Shown: positions 60,342 through 64,000 of the stretch, piece by piece
Position numbering within the stretch: position 1 is the stretch's first letter
How the letters are laid out: each line of letters begins with the position of its first letter
NCBI GenBank assembly: GCA_965215565.1
Contig: CBDCDZ010000004.1
Span: 1,504,001-1,568,000, forward strand
Length of the DNA stretch: 64,000 nucleotides
DNA from: Trueperaceae bacterium
GTDB taxonomy: Bacteria; Deinococcota; Deinococci; Deinococcales; Trueperaceae
Direction: 5' to 3'
Notes under the pieces: model-generated
The model's database searches: none
Told to the model about the DNA's origin: nothing
What the model saw: the letters and a program-made list of their open reading frames with translations, nothing else
Program-made: the position numbers and the translations under genes

Positions 60342-61171
60342 GGTTTGCGCCCGGCTTTGTTGGGTGATTTTTTAGGGCTCGACCTCTTGCTTTCTGACTT
60401 CTTAGCCTCTGACCTCTTGCTGTTTGACCTCTTATCATGCCCTCGAGTATAGCCGAGTCGCGCGACCTCTTTCGCCTCCAAAAGACGATACTCGCCACTT
60501 TTTAGCCCGTCTAATCTCAAGCCGCCGACGCGCGTGCGCTTTAAGCGCGTCACGCGGAGCCGAAACGCCGCGAGCATCCGCCGCACCTGATGATTGCGCC
60601 CCTCACCCAAGATGAGGACGCAGCCGCCCTCGGCGCGGTGGGCGCGAACCGCTCTAGCGGGTCCGTCCTCTAAGGTGACACCTCGCTCGAGCCTTTGCAG
60701 CACCTCGCCCGGCACAGGTCTGTCACACCACACGCGGTACTCCTTTTCGTGTTCAAAACGCGGATGCGTGAGTTGCAAGGTGAGTTCGCCATCTGTCGTC
60801 AGCAACAAAAGTCCTTCCGACTCCAAATCCAAACGCCCCACCGGATGCAGTCCGGGCACATCGGGCAAGAAGTCCATCACTGTTTTGCGCCCTCTGTCGT
60901 CCGAAGAGGAGGAGAGAACGCCGACGGGTTTGTAAAAGGCGTAGGTCACGTCATCCTTAGCCTTTTTACGCCCAACAAGCTCACCCGCAACGCGCACCTC
61001 GTCCTGTGGAGACACGCGCATCCCGAGTTCGGCGCGTTGTCCGTTGACCGTGACCTCGCCACTTGTAATGAGGTCTTCGGACTTGCGGCGGCTCGCGACG
61101 CCCGCTTGAGCCAACACCTTTTGTAAACGCTCGCCGTTGTTTGTGTTTGCGTTTTGCAATTGGTTCACCAC
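60338..61171 (-). CDS. rluB: RsuA/RluB-family pseudouridine synthase
   Basis: S4 domain ERLQKVLAQAGVASRR, VGRLD, EGRNHQVRRM. Confidence 0.9.
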   Translation of the reverse strand: MVNQLQNANTNNGERLQKVLAQAGVASRRKSEDLITSGEVTVNGQRAELGMRVSPQDEVRVAGELVGRKKAKDDVTYAFYKPVGVLSSSSDDRGRKTVMDFLPDVPGLHPVGRLDLESEGLLLLTTDGELTLQLTHPRFEHEKEYRVWCDRPVPGEVLQRLERGVTLEDGPARAVRAHRAEGGCVLILGEGRNHQVRRMLAAFRLRVTRLKRTRVGGLRLDGLKSGEYRLLEAKEVARLGYTRGHDKRSNSKRSEAKKSESKRSSPKKSPNKAGRKP

Positions 61172-61315
61172 CTATGAACAGTCACGTGTTGAAGCTGTTA
61201 GCGGTTAGCCATAAGCTTTTAGCTTTTGACTTCGCTAATAGCCAACAGCTAATACCTAAAAGCCCCGTATTACGAAAGTACGCTCCAAAGTAGCAGAGAC
61301 CTCTTACCAACTGAG

Positions 61316-62197
61316 CTACAGATAAAGTGCCCCTTCGCCGACTAAAACGGCCGAGCCGCCTACGTAAACTTCGACGCCTTCCTCACGCCGCTCGAGCGTC
61401 ACCAACACCTCACTCGGCCTGCCCATCTCCACCCCTTGGTGGCTTATGAGCGAAGCTCTATCGTCCGAAAATCTAAGTTGATCATGTTCTGCCAAGTACC
61501 AGCCGAGCGGTCCGTGGGCGCTGCCCGTCGCGGGGTCTTCCGCGACGCCCACCGCCGCGCCGAACATGCGGCAGCGCACGTCCACGCCGCGCACCTCATT
61601 GGTGAAGACGAACGCGCCGACGCTCTCTTGGTCTCCTAAAACTCGTTTGAGTGCGGAAGCGTTGAGCTTGACCTGAGCGAGCGCGTCCAAAGAGGTTACG
61701 GGAACGATGAGAAAGGGATTGCCAGCGCTGACAATCTGTGCGGGTAAGTCTGAGAAGTCGCCCTCTTCTAACCCTAATGCTTCGGCGAAAACCGTTGCAT
61801 CTGAATACGTTTCTACAAGTTTGGGCACACCCTGATTCATCCACACCCGCTTGAGCTTGTCGCCGCTCCGCTCCAAACCCATGCGCACGACGCCGATGGG
61901 AAGCTCGAGCCCCATCATCACCTCGTCCGTAATCTCGCCAAGCTGATGCAGCGCGTACACGCTCCCCACACTCGGATGACCCGCCATCGGCAGCTCCCTA
62001 GTCGGCGTAAAGTACCGCGCTCTCGCGTCTGCCTTTTTGGACGGTAGCAAAAAGCTCGTCTCGGAGAGGTTGAACTCTTTGGCGATTCCCTGCATCTGCG
62101 CGTCAGAGAGCTTGGCGGCGTCCGGTACGACAGCGAGCGGGTTGCCCGCTAAGGCTTTTTTGGTAAAGACATCCCAGAGTTGATAGGCGAGTTGCAT
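61316..62197 (-). CDS. PhzF-family isomerase
   Basis: GNPLAVV, NLSET, ELPMAGHP, EDPATGSA, QGVEMGRPS. Confidence 0.93.
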   Translation of the reverse strand: MQLAYQLWDVFTKKALAGNPLAVVPDAAKLSDAQMQGIAKEFNLSETSFLLPSKKADARARYFTPTRELPMAGHPSVGSVYALHQLGEITDEVMMGLELPIGVVRMGLERSGDKLKRVWMNQGVPKLVETYSDATVFAEALGLEEGDFSDLPAQIVSAGNPFLIVPVTSLDALAQVKLNASALKRVLGDQESVGAFVFTNEVRGVDVRCRMFGAAVGVAEDPATGSAHGPLGWYLAEHDQLRFSDDRASLISHQGVEMGRPSEVLVTLERREEGVEVYVGGSAVLVGEGALYL

Positions 62198-62317
62198 AAG
62201 ACAGTGTAACGCGCGGCAGCTTAATTAGTGAGTTGAAAGAGGGTTCAGGTGTTGGAAGTTGAAAGCAATGAGGCTAAAGGGTTTCACTCATTGCTCAGAA
62301 TTCATTGCTGATATACC

Positions 62318-62587
62318 TCAGCGCTTCTTACGGCTCCGAGACGAAATAGCCGTGGCATCTAGCTCGAGGCTCTTCGCTTCATCATCGTACTGATAGGTGG
62401 GGACGCCCGCCGCACCAATCTGTTCCGCCAAGTCCTCATCTTTGACCACCGCGTAGTTTTTGCCCTTCACGCTGACCGCTTGCACCTTGCCCTCATCCGC
62501 CGCCCACTTCCACAGTTCCATCAAACTTGGGTTTTTGAGCAGCACGTTACCCGTGACCTCTTTAGCGTCGAACGCGGGATAGACCAT
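62318..62587 (-). CDS. Hypothetical protein
   Basis: 89-aa ORF with TAAACT 5 nt before the ATG. Confidence 0.65.
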   Translation of the reverse strand: MVYPAFDAKEVTGNVLLKNPSLMELWKWAADEGKVQAVSVKGKNYAVVKDEDLAEQIGAAGVPTYQYDDEAKSLELDATAISSRSRKKR

Positions 62588-62624
62588 AGTGCAGTTTACG
62601 CTTAAACGGCAGTGTTTTTAGCGC

Positions 62625-63773
62625 TCACGACTTCAAAAGGATAGCGGGAATTTCGTAACGCGGACCCGTGAGCGGCAAATGAACACTCACAGTTGTCCCC
62701 TCGCCGAGTTCTGACTCGACGGTCATCTCGCCCCCTAGCGCCGACACGTACTCGTCCGTGCCGACGAGCCCGAAGTGATCTTCGCGGGCCAATGCACCAT
62801 AGGAGTTAGGAACTTCAAAGCCACGTCCGTTGTCTCGAATTTGCAACTCGGCTTCATCCGCATCGTCATCAAAAGAGAGCGTTACGCTGATTTTCGAGGC
62901 CTGCGCGTGCGTGGCGGCGTTGCGCAGTGCCTCTTGGGTAGCGCGAAATAAGCAGAGCGAGAGCTGCTGCGCGGTCTTGTCGTCTTTAGGCAAGTAGCCG
63001 TTGCTTTCGGCTAGCTCGAGCCTAATCTCCGGCACGTCGCCGCCCCTCTCTTTGGTAAAGTTCTCTACGTAGTTCTCAATCGCGGCGCTGAGCCCGAGTT
63101 CGGCGAGTCCGGCGGGGCGCAGCCCGCGGATCACGCCGCGCAGTCTCTTTGACACCTCGAGCACCTCTTGTTGGTAGCCCTTAAAGGTCTCAGAGGCGCT
63201 ACGACCGCATGTGTCACACGTTTTCGCCTCTTTGCTCTCCTGCGCCAGCTTGTACGATAGCCCGATGAGCCCCTGCACCGCGTCGTCGTGGAGTTCGCGC
63301 GCTAGGGACAGACGTTCGCGTTCGCGCATCTGGGCGAGCCTGAGGCGGGCTTGCTCGAGTTGCGACTGCACCTCCCTAAGCTCGGTGATATCCGAGAAGG
63401 TGAAGATTGCACACGCTTCGCCTCTAAGGTCAATGGGTTTTGCCAACATAATAACGCGCTTTTTGTCACCGGATTTCGTCTCGAGGTTCATCTCGGTTTG
63501 CCGAATGGTTCTGTTCTGCCGCAACTCGGTGAGCACCCGCTCGAATTCGGACGTCGTGTCGTAAGGCTGCACCTCGTAAAACGTACGCTCTAATAAATCC
63601 GCTTTTTCATACCCTAGAACGTCTAAAAACCCGTCGTTCACCGCTACGTGCTGCACGTTGCTGAGCCGCACGATGACTGACGGAGCGGGCGTCGTCTCAA
63701 ATACGACAGAAAAACACTCTTCAGCTTTTGCCTGCGTCACCCTCGCTTCACTTTCACCGTTTCGCTCTGCCAT
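62625..63773 (-). CDS. PAS-domain sensor histidine kinase (NarX/HisKA_3 type)
   Basis: ERLSLARELHD, QEALRNA..HA, DNGRGF, GEGT. Confidence 0.92.
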   Translation of the reverse strand: MAERNGESEARVTQAKAEECFSVVFETTPAPSVIVRLSNVQHVAVNDGFLDVLGYEKADLLERTFYEVQPYDTTSEFERVLTELRQNRTIRQTEMNLETKSGDKKRVIMLAKPIDLRGEACAIFTFSDITELREVQSQLEQARLRLAQMRERERLSLARELHDDAVQGLIGLSYKLAQESKEAKTCDTCGRSASETFKGYQQEVLEVSKRLRGVIRGLRPAGLAELGLSAAIENYVENFTKERGGDVPEIRLELAESNGYLPKDDKTAQQLSLCLFRATQEALRNAATHAQASKISVTLSFDDDADEAELQIRDNGRGFEVPNSYGALAREDHFGLVGTDEYVSALGGEMTVESELGEGTTVSVHLPLTGPRYEIPAILLKS

Positions 63774-64000
63774 ATGTCGCGTCCTCGCGTTTGCTATAGA
63801 TTGCTGCCGCCATTTGGTAGCCTTAGTATCTCATGAAGTGCTCGGTGCTGACAAGGGAAAAGGAACACTTTAGCGCGTCAGGAAAACCCAACTAGCCGAA
63901 ATGCTTCTTTTCGCCCGCCCCGCCTTTACGGCCACCCCAGCTTGTGATAGACTCACCTTTGGTTTTGTGCCACGGCAGACCCCCGACCATCCTGCACGGT

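Noticed and set aside
1..64000. Numerous short antisense or overlapping ORFs in the six-frame track
   Set aside because: They are shadow frames of well-supported genes in GC-rich DNA and carry no recognisable motifs.

Overview
Bacterial chromosomal window, probably Deinococcota/Trueperaceae-like (inferred from gene content, the T-box-controlled IleRS2 and -10 boxes sitting directly in front of start codons). Core genes flank it: purM, iscS/rrf2, rho and ileS at 1-14.2 kb; ruvC, a GH13 enzyme, hpt, rluB and phzF at 54-64 kb. Between them lies a ~40 kb accessory island. Main result: a Tn7-like transposon whose tnsA-tnsB-tnsC operon runs directly into a Cas3-less, Cas1/2-less type I-E Cascade (cas8e-cas11 fusion, cas7, cas5, cas6e), followed by a one-spacer mini-CRISPR and a convergent tniQ. 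The single spacer matches the catalytic GLDPGLANLG codons of the neighbouring ruvC gene next to an AGG PAM. A Tn7-type end with two TnsB-site repeats lies 35-36 bp beyond that protospacer. Together this is a candidate RNA-guided type I-E CAST homing to ruvC. This copy is decayed: an IS1 interrupts tnsB and cas8e carries a nonsense codon, but both are reconstructable. Second result: seven 30-bp 12-6-12 palindromes separate the accessory gene modules at 20.5-32.8 kb and resemble site-specific recombination sites of a gene-cassette array. The island also carries a frameshifted type I RM system, a Fic/VbhA toxin-antitoxin pair, an IS5 and a patatin operon. All calls come from motif reading by eye; no database searches were run.
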